DNA of 40,507 nucleotides from Candidatus Bathyarchaeia archaeon (GTDB lineage: Archaea > Thermoproteota > Bathyarchaeia > Bathyarchaeales > Bathycorpusculaceae), in contig JBMFMB010000014.1 of the NCBI GenBank assembly GCA_049970895.1, positions 1 through 40,507 of the forward strand, read 5' to 3'. A program made the translations under genes and the position numbers. Each line of letters opens with the position of its first letter. The stretch's first letter is position 1. Below are positions 7,856 through 17,165 of this stretch, in pieces. The notes under the pieces were generated by a model. The model was given only the letters and a program-made list of their open reading frames with translations, was not told the DNA's origin and did not search any database.

Positions 7856-8865
7856 AGGCTTAACCGTGCTAAATCATCCTTATATAGGATGCCTTCCTCG
7901 CAGATAATTGCTGACACATATTTTATCGGCGTAATATCAAAGGCTGGGTTTATGACTGGCACGTTTTCTGGGGCTATTCGCTCGGAGCCTATGTGGGTTA
8001 CTTCTTCTGGGCTTCGCTCCTCTATTGTTATGTCTGCGGCCGTGTGGGCTAGGTCGAAGGTGGATTTTGGAGCCGCCACGTAGAAGGGTATGCCATGTTC
8101 CTTGGCTAAGACTGCTATTTGGTAGGTTCCAATCTTGTTTATGACGGCGTCCCGCACTATTCTGTCTGCTCCAACAATAACCTTGTCCACCATACGCCTA
8201 TACATGACGTATCCCACCATGGTGTCGCTTATCAAAGTGACTGGTATGCCATCCCGCTTAAGCTCATAGGCTGTTAGGCGGGCACCCTGCAGCTTCGGTC
8301 TTGTTTCTGTGGCGATAACCCTAACCCTTTTGCCTTGCTCAACAGCCGCCCTAATTACACCTAAGGCTGTTCCATAATCAACTGTAGCTAGTGCCCCAGC
8401 ATTACAATGTGTCAGCACGGTGTCGCCATCATTGATGAGGGTGGCTCCATGCCTTCCCATTGAACGGTTTGCCTCAACATCCTCATCGGCTATCTTGTCT
8501 GCCTCTTCAACGACGAAGGCGGCTAACTCTTCGACGCTTCCTTGGAAGGCACGTGCCTTGCTTAGGATTCTGTCAACAGCCCAGAATAGGTTAACACCAG
8601 TAGGTCTGGTTTTTCGCAGGGTTTCCGCAGCCCTTTCCAGTTCGCTGATAAGCTCCTCTTTTCGCCTAGCCTTTGAATGGTGGGCTGTTAGCGCTAAGGC
8701 GTAGGCTGCAGCAACTCCGATTAGGGGCGCCCCCCTAATCTTCATTGTTTTTATTGCTTCAGCCACCTCACTGCAGCTTTTCAGTTCTAGAAACTCTGTT
8801 TTGTGGGGAAGCTTCATCTGGTCAATTGTTATGACCATGCCGTTGCGCCACAGTAGGGTCCGCAT
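7852..8865 (-). CDS. mtnA: S-methyl-5-thioribose-1-phosphate isomerase (eIF2B-alpha-like family)
   Basis: IDQMKLP, IRGAPLIG, RPTGVNL, THCNAGALAT, ETRP, NPAFDITP. Confidence 0.92.
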   Translation of the reverse strand: MRTLLWRNGMVITIDQMKLPHKTEFLELKSCSEVAEAIKTMKIRGAPLIGVAAAYALALTAHHSKARRKEELISELERAAETLRKTRPTGVNLFWAVDRILSKARAFQGSVEELAAFVVEEADKIADEDVEANRSMGRHGATLINDGDTVLTHCNAGALATVDYGTALGVIRAAVEQGKRVRVIATETRPKLQGARLTAYELKRDGIPVTLISDTMVGYVMYRRMVDKVIVGADRIVRDAVINKIGTYQIAVLAKEHGIPFYVAAPKSTFDLAHTAADITIEERSPEEVTHIGSERIAPENVPVINPAFDITPIKYVSAIICEEGILYKDDLARLSL

Positions 8866-8963
8866 TTCCGCTTTTCTCCTCCACCTTTTGCATCCGCTAA
8901 CCGTTTATGCCAGTAATAGTATAAATCTTGTTGACAAACGCAAGAAGGTGGTGAATTAGAATT

Positions 8964-9680
8964 TTGAAGAGGGGAAGCCTCCAAACCCTTATTGAAAAGT
9001 TTGGGACGCGTTATCCGGAAATTTTGGGCATAGACCTAAAAAGCCGAAGGGAGGAGGAGATTTTCAAATGGTTTTTGGCTTCCATACTTTTCGGAGCGCC
9101 AATAACCGAAACCTCAGTCATAAAAACCTACAAGTGTTTTGAAAGGTATGGCGTCTTAACACCCCAAAGGATTTTGGAGGCTGGCTGGGACGTTTTAGTG
9201 AGGATTCTTGATGAGGGAAGCTACACGCGTTACGACTTCAAAACGGCTGACAAGCTCCTCGAAGTAACGCGAAACTTGATGGCGAATTATGGGGGCAAAC
9301 TAACCAAAATCTGTGAAGAGGCTCGCGACCATGCGGATTTGGAAGCGAAGCTTAAAAGTTTGGGGAAGGGCGTCGGCGACGTAACAGTTAGCATATTCTT
9401 ACGAGAGCTCCGCGATTTATGGGATAAAGCCAAACCAAAACTAACAAGCCTTGTGGTGATGGCGGCCAAAAACCTTGGAATAATTGATGAAAAAGCGCCG
9501 AAAGAAGTTTTGCGGCAACTCGAAGAGTTTTGGAGCGAAAACGCGGTTGCGGACAAGTCCTTCATAAACTTTGAAACTGCACTGCTACGCTTGGGCAAGG
9601 ACTATTGTAGAAGGGAAAAGTGCAACATTTGCCCAGTTAAGGCTGACTGCAAGCGTCATGCTGTTGGGGGCTTAATGTAG
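8964..9680 (+). CDS. HhH-GPD/EndoIII-related protein with C-terminal Cys cluster
   Basis: FKWFLASILFG, GSYTRYD, HhH KGVGDVTVSIFLRE, C-x4-C-x2-C-x5-C. Confidence 0.7.
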   Translation: MKRGSLQTLIEKFGTRYPEILGIDLKSRREEEIFKWFLASILFGAPITETSVIKTYKCFERYGVLTPQRILEAGWDVLVRILDEGSYTRYDFKTADKLLEVTRNLMANYGGKLTKICEEARDHADLEAKLKSLGKGVGDVTVSIFLRELRDLWDKAKPKLTSLVVMAAKNLGIIDEKAPKEVLRQLEEFWSENAVADKSFINFETALLRLGKDYCRREKCNICPVKADCKRHAVGGLM

Positions 9681-10396
9681 GTTACAACCTCTATTGGACA
9701 CTCTTCTGGCAGTTTCAGCCTTTTCCGCCACTCGTCGCCCACGGCTATTAGGGAGAAAACCCCTGAAATTTCAGCTTTCGCTTTACGCACAAGATTGACG
9801 AGGGCTGCCTGTGTTTCGCCAGTCTTAATCATGTCGTCCACTATTAGGACGCTGTCCCTCTTTTTGATGGCGTCTTTTGGAACATAAAGCGTTATTGTCA
9901 CGCCCGAATCCCTGAGCACATAGGTTTCTTCAAGAAACTCTTTCACGCCAACTTCCTTACTCCTTTTTGCTATGACTAGGTTTACGCCTAGAGCGTTTGC
10001 CACCATAGTTGCCAAGGGAATGCCATCCACGGCCGCCGTGAACACTTTTGTGACTCGTTTTCCAGCAAAATTTGCAAGCGCGTGATTAGCCGCCTGCTGA
10101 AGAATGTTAAAATCGCCAATAATCTCAGTATTATCAAAATAGCCATCCTCATTAAACCTTATCCTGTTACGAAGTTCGTTCTCCAAGCCGACAAATTTTG
10201 AAAGGACTTTCCAGAGCTGCTTTGCTCTGGCTGTGTTGGGCAAAACGTGCCCTTTTGCATATCGGCTTAGAACTGTTACTGGCAAGCCGGTTTTCGCCGA
10301 CAACTCTCGATATGTGATATTCCGCTTGTATTTGGCTGTTCTGAGAAGCTCTATGGTCATCAATCGCAGTTTCAGTTCTTCTGCGTGTGTGCTCAT
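9656..10396 (-). CDS. HTH + phosphoribosyltransferase-domain protein (PurR-like regulator / purine PRTase)
   Basis: N-terminal HTH TYRELSAKTGLPVTVLSRY; PRPP loop VLIVDDMIKTGET. Confidence 0.85.
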   Translation of the reverse strand: MSTHAEELKLRLMTIELLRTAKYKRNITYRELSAKTGLPVTVLSRYAKGHVLPNTARAKQLWKVLSKFVGLENELRNRIRFNEDGYFDNTEIIGDFNILQQAANHALANFAGKRVTKVFTAAVDGIPLATMVANALGVNLVIAKRSKEVGVKEFLEETYVLRDSGVTITLYVPKDAIKKRDSVLIVDDMIKTGETQAALVNLVRKAKAEISGVFSLIAVGDEWRKRLKLPEECPIEVVTYIKPPTA

Positions 10397-10529
10397 GAGC
10401 CTCCCTCATACACATGGACTAGTTAAATTCCAAAGCGTCTACATTTTATTATTTCCTTCCCAATTTATAATTTCCGCTCGAAAACCGAACACTTGGCAGA
10501 CAAATATTTTAGTGTCTAGCCGTCAACTG

Positions 10530-11477
10530 TTATGGTGCTTTAGCCAAAACCACTTCTATGGAATATTCAAACCCGTCTCTGTAAACTGTTAGGTTTACTT
10601 TTTCGCCAGCCCTTTTCTTGTGGATCTCGCCAAGAAGCTTCTCTATCCGCATTACGGGCACGTCGTCTAAGGCGAGGATTATGTCGCCTGCCACTATTCC
10701 AGCCTCATGTGCTGGACTTCCATCAACAACTCTCGTTACCAAAACGCCTTCGTCTACTGGTATCCCGTAATAGCTGGAAATCTCCTTTGTTAGGCTTAAA
10801 CCCATTATTCCAAGCCATGGGCGAGTGTGCACACCTTTCGTTATGATTTCTGATGCGCACTTCTTAGCTGAGTTTATTGGGATGGCAAAGCCTATACCGT
10901 GGGCGAAGGGTATTATCGCCGTGCTTATGGCAACGACTTTTCCATTAACATCCACTAGTGGTCCGCCGCTGTTTCCTGGGTTTATGGCGGCATCCGTCTG
11001 AACAAGATTTTCCAAAAGCTCATTTTTAGATTCTATTGTGCGGTTTAAGGCGCTTATAACCCCAGAAGTTATTGTTGGTCCACCCGCTAACCCGAAAGGA
11101 TTGCCTATGGCGTAAACACGCTGCCCAATCCTAAGCTTGTCAGAGTCTCCAAGCTCAGCATAGGGCAAGCCCTTCCTATCAACTTTTACAACGGCTATAT
11201 CATGGATTGTGCACGTTCCAAGCAACCGCCCATTCAAAACCTCACCGTTCCAAAGCGTAACAGCTATGCGTTCAGCACCTTGAACAACATGGTTGTTGGT
11301 CAATATGTGACCTTCGCTGTCTATTATTGTTCCCGAACCCATGCCCTTAACTGGGAAAACTTGGTAGAATACGTCTTGAATAAGCCTAATCGTGCTGATG
11401 TTAACAACACATTTGCTAACCCTCTCAAGCACGTCCAAAACCCTTGATTCTTCATTGGAAGCCAATCCGACCGCCAC
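10530..11477 (-). CDS. htrA: HtrA/DegP-family serine protease with one PDZ domain
   Basis: GSG, TNNHVV, DIAV, QTDAAINPGNSGGPL, PWLGI-led PDZ domain. Confidence 0.93.
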   Translation of the reverse strand: MAVGLASNEESRVLDVLERVSKCVVNISTIRLIQDVFYQVFPVKGMGSGTIIDSEGHILTNNHVVQGAERIAVTLWNGEVLNGRLLGTCTIHDIAVVKVDRKGLPYAELGDSDKLRIGQRVYAIGNPFGLAGGPTITSGVISALNRTIESKNELLENLVQTDAAINPGNSGGPLVDVNGKVVAISTAIIPFAHGIGFAIPINSAKKCASEIITKGVHTRPWLGIMGLSLTKEISSYYGIPVDEGVLVTRVVDGSPAHEAGIVAGDIILALDDVPVMRIEKLLGEIHKKRAGEKVNLTVYRDGFEYSIEVVLAKAP

Positions 11478-11510
11478 GTTAAAATTGTCTAATAAGTTTT
11501 AACTTTTTCT

Positions 11511-12710
11511 TCACCTTTGCGTTTGAGTTTTTGAGTGGGCGTTAAGGAGCAGAACCACCGCAGAGGCTTGGGTCACAAGAACATAGGCTATCACCGCCAA
11601 GTATGGAATGTTCAGCTCTACCATTAAGCCGTACACAGCCCCGCCGATCAACATGCCAACACCGTAAGCCGTGTTAAATATGCCGTAGGCTGTTCCCCGC
11701 AAAGAGATTGAAGCGAAACCAGAAACAGCCGCCCGATAAATGGACTCTTGCATTCCCAAGACTAGACCGAAAAAGGCTGCGGCAACGATGAGCATTATTA
11801 AGTCCGCGTTTGTCATGGCGAAAAATGTTGGAACAATTGACAAAATGAATGGCAATATTAAAACTCTAATCTTGAACTTGTCGTAGGCGAATCCCGCGAA
11901 AAGTGCTGTTGGCGCATCCACCCCCTGTATAAGCGTATAAATTAGGGGGACAATCCACAACTGGTTTGTCGGCTCTAGAATCTTTGTAGCCTTTAAGAGT
12001 ATAAGCTCGAAGGGTATAAGCCCAACAGTGTTCAGCAAAACAGCAAAAGTATAAACGTAGAAGGCTTTCCCAAGTTTTTCATCAGCCTTGACTGGCTTAG
12101 CTTCCGACGGCTCAGCGGCTTTTCTCCATCCAATTCTCCTATAAGTGTAGGCTAGGAATGCCAAAAGCATGATGAAAGGCAATGATAGGAGGCTGAAGGT
12201 TAAATTGTAATTGTTGCTGGTGTAAAACATTAGACCCGCCACTATGAGGGGACCTAGAATTGCGCCTACCTGATCTAGGAGCTCATGAATTCCGAAGGCT
12301 TTACCAGCCCCAACCCCGCGGCTTACAATTGATAGTACGGCGTCCCTTGAGGGCGACCTTACTGCTTTTCCAATTCTTTCAAGAAGCACCAAAATTACCG
12401 CTATTTGCCACATCCTCACGATTCCCAACAATGGAATTGAAACAATAAGCCCATATCCTAAGAAGATGAAGAGCCAGTAAGCCCTCGTTGTGTCTGCAAG
12501 TCTCCCGCTTACAAGCCTTAAGGCGTACCCTAAAAACTCACCAAATCTGCCGACAAAAATTATGGCGAAAGCCGGGGTCAATAAAAATTCCAGGTATGGT
12601 GTAACAATGCCCCGCGAGCCTTCATATACAACGTCTCCTAATAGGCTCACTATTCCGAGGAGGAGAATAGCCACGTAGGCGTTTTTCGCGTTCACTAAGC
12701 CATGTCCCAT
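11511..12710 (-). CDS. MFS transporter
   Basis: About 12 TM helices; SGRLADTT and ERIGKAVRSPSRD motifs. Confidence 0.92.
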   Translation of the reverse strand: MGHGLVNAKNAYVAILLLGIVSLLGDVVYEGSRGIVTPYLEFLLTPAFAIIFVGRFGEFLGYALRLVSGRLADTTRAYWLFIFLGYGLIVSIPLLGIVRMWQIAVILVLLERIGKAVRSPSRDAVLSIVSRGVGAGKAFGIHELLDQVGAILGPLIVAGLMFYTSNNYNLTFSLLSLPFIMLLAFLAYTYRRIGWRKAAEPSEAKPVKADEKLGKAFYVYTFAVLLNTVGLIPFELILLKATKILEPTNQLWIVPLIYTLIQGVDAPTALFAGFAYDKFKIRVLILPFILSIVPTFFAMTNADLIMLIVAAAFFGLVLGMQESIYRAAVSGFASISLRGTAYGIFNTAYGVGMLIGGAVYGLMVELNIPYLAVIAYVLVTQASAVVLLLNAHSKTQTQR

Positions 12711-12738
12711 TACTGTTTCCTGCTGCTAAAACAGCCTC

Positions 12739-13192
12739 TTATTCCATGTTAGCCGAAGTTAAGAGTTTCGCTATTTTCTCAAGCCACTCCTTATCCTTCT
12801 CGTCGAAGCTATCATACTCGTCGCTGTCAACGTCGAGAACAGCCATAACCTCGCCCTTTTCATCAAAGACTGGGACGGCTATTTCAGATTTAGACCTTGG
12901 ATCGCACATTATGTGTCCAGGAAATTCGTGAACATTTGGCACAATAATGGTTTTTCCGTTTTTAGCGCATTTCCCACAAACACCAGTGTAGCGATTCTCG
13001 AGCATGCTGGTGGACCTCTTGATGGTCCAAGTTCCAACCACTCCTCTTTTGGGATATAGAATCCAACCCAGAAGTAGTATGGGATTTTAGCCTTCAAAAC
13101 ATCGCATACGATAGCCATTCTCTCAGCTTCAAGCTTTCCTTAATTGTTTTAAAGCTTTCGCTATACATCCTATCTTTTTCGTTGTTTTCCAT
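12739..13192 (-). pseudogene. msrC: GAF-domain protein of the free methionine-(R)-sulfoxide reductase type, split by two frameshifts
   Basis: Three frames join as MENNEK.../MAIVCD...WVGFY...PPACSRI/YTGVCGKCA...GHIMCDPRSKSEIAVP...VLDVDS; shifts near 13136 and 12991. Confidence 0.75.
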
Positions 13193-13200
13193 GGTAGTTT

Positions 13201-13496
13201 TCACTTCTTTCCTTTTTCAACAAACTTCCTAATTGTCCTTTCATGCTTTTCAAGGGCTTTTTTGAAGGCTTCTGTTGCGTCTTTCTCAAGCCAGTTTAGG
13301 TAGGCTAGGCTAACAACAATAACGTCTGCAATGTCCACCTCTATGTCCTTGGCGTTTCTCCCCCCTCCATGTATTTTTCAGCCACCTGCCCCGCCTGCTC
13401 CGCCAGCAGTGTTATGAAAAAGCTTGATGTAAAAACTTCCTTCTTATGAGCCTCGTAGGAAATCTTTCTAACGGCTTCCTGTGCCTCCCTTAACAT
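13201..13496 (-). pseudogene. MazG-like all-alpha NTP-pyrophosphatase fold protein with a frameshift in a G6 run
   Basis: MLREAQ...LAEQAGQVAEKYMEG continues in another frame as RNAKDIEVDIADVIVVSLAYLNWL...KGKK*; adding one G at 13360-13365 restores a ~98 aa ORF. Confidence 0.65.
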
Positions 13497-13563
13497 TTGC
13501 CACCTTCTCCTTTTCCACTTATCTATGTGTTTCAAATGTTATAAAATTTGGGAAAACGGCAAG

Positions 13564-14334
13564 TTATTGGGTTGGGGCTCTGGCTTTGTCCCATTCTTGT
13601 GTGATTTCCCTTAAAATTTTCGGGTATAGTCTAAAAATGTCCTTTGGGTCTTCAACATAGATGTAGAACATGTAGTTTCTTTCAACGCTTGTCAGCTTAG
13701 AAATATGATATTCCGGTTTCCTTGGGAGCATCTCGGCATTCTGCTCTATAACCTTGTCAAGAAGCCTCTCTAACTTTTCGGTTGGAAGGGAGTGATCAAA
13801 GTTCAGCTCAAAACTATAACAGTAAAGCTTCGATTCTTCCCCCATAAAGCGGTAGTTTGTGACTTCCTTGTCCAAAATTCTCTGGGTGCTTATGGACACG
13901 ACGGTGTTGTTGGGGGTTAAAATCTTGGCATAGTTTATTGTTATTTCTTGCACTATGCCCTCAATGTTGTCTAGGCGGATGTAGTCTCCAACGCGGAAGG
14001 GTCTTGCAACCAGCAAATATATTCCAGCAATGAGGTTTCCAATGGTTCTTTGGGAGGCAAAACCCACAGCGGCGCCGCCTAAGGCTGAAAAGCTAACTAT
14101 TATGTCTGATGGAACTCCGCCTATATGTAGGACTGCGACGACAGCTCCAACAAGAATAAGCAGTCTCGCCGTTACTATCAGCCCGTTTCCAACATCTGGC
14201 GGAATCTGGGCTCTCTTCATAAACTTCTTCAGCCATCTTGTGGTTAGCCGCTCCAGAATTGTTGCAGCCACCGCCACAACAATTAGCCAAACAACGGTAG
14301 TTAGGTAAGGGTGCTCTGTAAAGATTTCAAACAT
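13564..14334 (-). CDS. mscS: Small-conductance mechanosensitive channel family protein
   Basis: Three TM helices; VGFASQRTIGNLIAG and RPFRVGDYI. Confidence 0.92.
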   Translation of the reverse strand: MFEIFTEHPYLTTVVWLIVVAVAATILERLTTRWLKKFMKRAQIPPDVGNGLIVTARLLILVGAVVAVLHIGGVPSDIIVSFSALGGAAVGFASQRTIGNLIAGIYLLVARPFRVGDYIRLDNIEGIVQEITINYAKILTPNNTVVSISTQRILDKEVTNYRFMGEESKLYCYSFELNFDHSLPTEKLERLLDKVIEQNAEMLPRKPEYHISKLTSVERNYMFYIYVEDPKDIFRLYPKILREITQEWDKARAPTQ

Positions 14335-14451
14335 TTAAACGCCTCTCATCAACTAATGAATGTGTACGGGTCCAAAGCGGATTAATTTAGATAAAGCTTT
14401 TATTAATGCTTTAAGCTTAGTTTGGCAAATGCTTTGGAAGATGATGTGAAA

Positions 14452-15153
14452 ATGGCTTTGCAGAAGGGCGACTTCATACTGTTGGATTACATCGCCAAAG
14501 TGAAAGAGACAGGCGAAGTTTTCGACACCACAATTGAGGAAGTAGCCAAAAAAGAACGCTTATACAAGGAGGGCGAAATCTACGAGCCGAAACTTGTCGT
14601 TATAGGCGAAGGCTGGGTTCTCAAGGCTTTGGATGAAAGCTTAACAAACATGGATGTTGGGAAAACCGAAACCGTTGAAATCTCACCAGAAAAAGCCTTC
14701 GGCGCAAGAGATCCCGAGAAGGTTAGACGTGTTCCCCTACGGCATCTTACGGCTAAGGGTATAACCCCAACCCTTGGAATGCGCCTAGAATATGATGGTA
14801 AAATGGCGGTTGTTAGGGCTATTGGGGCTGGACGTGTCCTCTTAGACTTCAATCCGCCATTAGCTGGAAAAACACTGGTTTACGAGGTTACTGTCAAAAA
14901 GAAGCTTGAAACACCAGAAGAGAAGATAGCAGCCCTAATCCACCGCAGAATACCAACTGTTGAAGCTGAAAAGTTCAAATTCACCATTAAGGCGAAAAAT
15001 GTCAGCATAGAGATGCCTGAAGAAGCCTTCTACCTGGAAGGGATTCAGGTGGCAAAACGTGGCGTAGCCCTAGACATACAGAAGTTCTTCCCAGAAATAA
15101 CCGCAGTTAAATTTATAGAAACTTTTAAGGCAGAGCCTAAAGCAAAAGCCTAA
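14452..15153 (+). CDS. Archaeal long-type FKBP peptidyl-prolyl isomerase (SlyD-like)
   Basis: GEVFDTT, PEKAFGARD, LDFNPPLAGKTL; start placed at ATG 14452. Confidence 0.93.
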   Translation: MALQKGDFILLDYIAKVKETGEVFDTTIEEVAKKERLYKEGEIYEPKLVVIGEGWVLKALDESLTNMDVGKTETVEISPEKAFGARDPEKVRRVPLRHLTAKGITPTLGMRLEYDGKMAVVRAIGAGRVLLDFNPPLAGKTLVYEVTVKKKLETPEEKIAALIHRRIPTVEAEKFKFTIKAKNVSIEMPEEAFYLEGIQVAKRGVALDIQKFFPEITAVKFIETFKAEPKAKA

Positions 15154-16232
15154 ATAACCCCAGTTATTTTCGCGATTCTCTCGCATTCTTCTGGGCTCAG
15201 TTCCAGCTTGTTAAGGATCGTGTAGCGTTCAGGTCTTATAGAAGGAGCCATCAACAAGGCTTTGACAACATCCTCCTTAGATAATCCCAGCTCGTAGGCG
15301 TTTGTCGGCGCCCCAACAATTCTCAAAGTCTCCTTTATGCGCCTCCAATTTTCGCCATGCAGATAAGCCATAACAATTGTTCCCACACCACACTGCTCAC
15401 CGTGCAAAGCATTATTAGGCTTAATCAAATCTAAGGCATGGCTAAACAAGTGTTCCGAGCCACTGCATGGTCGGCTGCTACCAGCAATGCTCATGGCTAC
15501 ACCACAGCTTATCAAGGCTTCCAGAAGCACTCGCAAGCCCTCATCGTTCTGCGGTTTTATGAGATTGGCGTTTCGCATCACAAGCCTGGCACTCATTAGG
15601 GCTAGGCTGGCGGCGTACTCCCCATAATACTCGTTCCTATCCATGTGCGCCAGTTTCCAGTCCCTTACGGCTGTGAACTTGGCGATGACGTCGCCGCAGC
15701 CACTCGCAATGAAACGGTGGGGCGTCTGTGCAATAATTTTTGTGTCGGCTATTATGGCTATTGGGGCTTGAGCCATAATAGAAAAGGGCTTTTCAAGACC
15801 CTTAACAGACGAAAGCGGGCTTGCAATACCGTCGTGGGAAGCCGTTGTTGGGACGCTTATGAAGGGCACTTTTTGCCGTGCTGAGCTTAGCTTCGCCACG
15901 TCAATTTTTGTTCCTCCGCCCACGCCGAAAACTACTTGAGGCTTTAGGGTTCTAATCCTCTCCTCAACGGCTTCCACGTCCTTTATCGTTGCCAACTCCA
16001 CAATGTAGGTTTTGGCTTCTACACCTTCCTTTTCAAGGATTTCCTCGACAATTTTACCAGCGACGTCATGGGTTTTCCGCCCAGTAATTATTAGTGCTGA
16101 TTCCGTGAAGCCCAATCTTCTGGATATTTCTGCAACCCGCTCTATTACACCTTCTCCAACAATAACCTCCCTTGGAAGCTGCATCCAATGGTGCTTTAAA
16201 GGCAAATCAACCACTGTTAAAGGCTTATCCAA
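15150..16232 (-). CDS. egsA: sn-glycerol-1-phosphate dehydrogenase
   Basis: GVGGGTKIDVAK, PTTASHDG, SSRPCSGSEHLFSHALD, HGEQCG. Confidence 0.97.
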   Translation of the reverse strand: MDKPLTVVDLPLKHHWMQLPREVIVGEGVIERVAEISRRLGFTESALIITGRKTHDVAGKIVEEILEKEGVEAKTYIVELATIKDVEAVEERIRTLKPQVVFGVGGGTKIDVAKLSSARQKVPFISVPTTASHDGIASPLSSVKGLEKPFSIMAQAPIAIIADTKIIAQTPHRFIASGCGDVIAKFTAVRDWKLAHMDRNEYYGEYAASLALMSARLVMRNANLIKPQNDEGLRVLLEALISCGVAMSIAGSSRPCSGSEHLFSHALDLIKPNNALHGEQCGVGTIVMAYLHGENWRRIKETLRIVGAPTNAYELGLSKEDVVKALLMAPSIRPERYTILNKLELSPEECERIAKITGVI

Positions 16233-16298
16233 CTGTCAAAGTAGTGGCGTTAACGCTTAAAACCCTTTTCGCACATCTTCAATTTGGCAAATCATCGG

Positions 16299-16347
16299 TT
16301 GATGAGCGGAAATGCAATATCACTGTGAAAGGTGCTGCAAGGGCTGA
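16299..16347 (+). ncRNA. Candidate box C/D sRNA (internal boxes degenerate)
   Basis: TGATGA at 16300-16305 and CTGA at 16344-16347 at typical spacing in an intergenic region; no clear D' box. Confidence 0.35.
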
Positions 16348-16508
16348 CGGAGGGCAAGGGCATAGTTTGGGCTTTAGGCCATGGCGTTTGTGGATGGATT
16401 AGCGGTTTTTAAGCGTAATATTAATAAGTCTCATGACGTGATTACATGATGCTACTTCCTAGCGAAGTAATTTGGCCGATATGTTTAGGTTTTGGGAGAA
16501 ATGCGTAA

Positions 16509-17150
16509 ATGTCAAACAGCAACGTAATTGACAAGTTGACGTTAAAGGGGACGACAACCATAGGGGTTGTCTGCAAAGACGGGGTAATCCTCGCCTCAGA
16601 CACCCGCGTAACCATGGGATTCTATGTAGCCCACAAACATGGGAAAAAGATTTACAAGATAGACGACCACATGGCAATGACCATAGCCGGGACCGTGGCA
16701 GACGCCCAAAGAACAGTTGACATCTTAACGGCTAACGCCCAACTTTACAAAATAAACATGGGAAGGCCTATGCCAATAAGCTCAGCGGCAAGGCTTATGG
16801 CAAACCTCCTATTCTCCGCTAGATATATACCATTGGCAACTCAAGTCCTAATTGGGGGCGTTGACGATACTGGCCCTCACGTGTTTTCCATAGATCCCTT
16901 CGGAAGCCTAACAGAGGAGAAGTGCGTTGCCACCGGTTCTGGTTCTCCAGTGGCTTATGGCGTTTTGGAGGACAAATTCCGCGAGGGCATGACTGTGGCT
17001 GAGGCTTTACCAATTGTTGTTAGGGCTGTCGATTCAGCCATGAAGAGGGATGCAGCCAGCGGAGACAGCTTCAATGTGGCTGTTGTGGACGCTAAGGGTT
17101 ACAGAGAACTAACTGAAGAGGAGAAGAAGAAACTTTTGGAGGCAAATTAA
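16509..17150 (+). CDS. psmB: Proteasome beta subunit
   Basis: Propeptide then GTTTIG (Thr1), VADAQ, ATGSGS, RDAASG. Confidence 0.97.
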   Translation: MSNSNVIDKLTLKGTTTIGVVCKDGVILASDTRVTMGFYVAHKHGKKIYKIDDHMAMTIAGTVADAQRTVDILTANAQLYKINMGRPMPISSAARLMANLLFSARYIPLATQVLIGGVDDTGPHVFSIDPFGSLTEEKCVATGSGSPVAYGVLEDKFREGMTVAEALPIVVRAVDSAMKRDAASGDSFNVAVVDAKGYRELTEEEKKKLLEAN

Positions 17151-17165
17151 AAGGGAAGTTTAGAG

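Noticed and set aside
12909-13365. Programmed frameshifting or stop-codon recoding in the broken genes
   Set aside because: No canonical slippery heptamer with downstream structure was seen, and the breaks are frame changes rather than in-frame stops; indel error or decay is simpler.
16172-16402. 76-aa ORF in the egsA-psmB intergenic region
   Set aside because: Overlaps the egsA start and promoter, and has no recognisable motif.
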